From assembly GCA_963619035.1 (NCBI GenBank), contig CAVEUC010000018.1, positions 11,988 through 75,987 on the forward strand: a stretch of DNA of 64,000 nt, given 5' to 3'. Below the pieces are notes generated by a model. It was given only the letters and a program-made list of their open reading frames with translations, searched no databases and was not told the origin of the DNA. Below are positions 63,538 through 64,000 of the stretch, in pieces. The stretch is from Lachnospiraceae bacterium GAM79 (GTDB lineage Bacteria; Bacillota_I; Bacilli_A; RFN20; CAG-826). Within the stretch, counting starts at the first letter, position 1. Every line of letters starts with the position of its first letter. A program made the position numbers and the translations under genes.

Positions 63538-64000
63538 ATTAAATAGGAAAAGAATATATGCTTTAGCGTGTAGTTTTGGACCTGATTCAATGTCTTTATT
63601 TGATTTATTAATAAAAAATAATTACAAATTTTTTGTTTGTCATTGTAATTATCATCTAAGAGAAGAAAGCGATTTGGAAGAAAATGAATTGCGAAAATAT
63701 TGTGAAAAAAATAATATTCAATTATTTGTAAATGAATTATATTACAAAAAAGAATACGGAAATTTAGAAGAATGGTGTAGAAAAACTAGATATGATTTCT
63801 TTTTAGAAACCACAATTAAGAATTTTTCATGTGATATTTTAATAGCGCATAATGAAGATGATTTAATTGAAACCTATCTTCTACAACTGAAAAGAAATAG
63901 TGTAGTTTCTTATTATGGTTTAAACGAAAAATATACTATAAATGGAATCAATTATATTAGACCTTTGCTTAACATTTCTAAAAAAGAATTACAAGAATAT
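63524..64000 (+). CDS. tilS: tRNA(Ile)-lysidine synthetase (N-terminal part; the gene continues beyond the window).
   Basis: A PP-loop-like N-terminus ALACSFGPDSMSLF and conserved synteny after mfd-yabO. Confidence 0.65.
   Translation, partial: MKLTKLNRKRIYALACSFGPDSMSLFDLLIKNNYKFFVCHCNYHLREESDLEENELRKYCEKNNIQLFVNELYYKKEYGNLEEWCRKTRYDFFLETTIKNFSCDILIAHNEDDLIETYLLQLKRNSVVSYYGLNEKYTINGINYIRPLLNISKKELQEY

Overview
The window is an origin-of-replication region from a very AT-rich bacterial chromosome, roughly 25-30% GC by eye. It uses the standard genetic code: rpmH and other genes end in TGA, and Trp is TGG. Gene order matches the Bacillus subtilis origin layout. On the + strand are rpmH, rnpA, yidC, jag, mnmE, tatD, rnmV, rsmA and ispE. 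On the - strand are dnaA, dnaN, yaaA, recF, gyrB and gyrA, with pth, mfd, yabO and tilS at the far end. The source is probably a Mollicutes-like or Erysipelotrichia-like member of the low-GC Bacillota lineage, with lipoproteins, a fused MacB-like ABC transporter, an ECF-type QueT and a pyruvate phosphate dikinase. Almost all of the window is coding. Housekeeping content includes eno, prs, rpmE, serS, tadA, a TldD/PmbA pair, mscL, an EF-G paralogue, ppdK and two TetR-controlled efflux clusters. The ORF track misses an SRP (4.5S-like) RNA between serS and tadA, a candidate preQ1 riboswitch leader in front of queT, and the oriC DnaA-box clusters on both sides of dnaA. The most interesting locus is a queuosine salvage-only cluster (queT, tgt, queA, queH). 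Without any terminator it continues into two large surface lipoproteins: a calcineurin-like metallophosphoesterase and a 1026-aa protein with a glycoside-hydrolase-like TIM-barrel signature. These two proteins share a previously unnamed repeated beta-module of about 100 aa. I propose, as a hypothesis only, that they form an extracellular nucleotide or queuosine-scavenging module. Other oddities are a decayed, split recF, an mfd gene with no in-frame canonical start next to homopolymer tracts, an EF-G paralogue with the catalytic His replaced by Asn, and a repeated 15-mer on both sides of dnaA. No CRISPR arrays, transposases, integrases or rRNA/tRNA genes were found.
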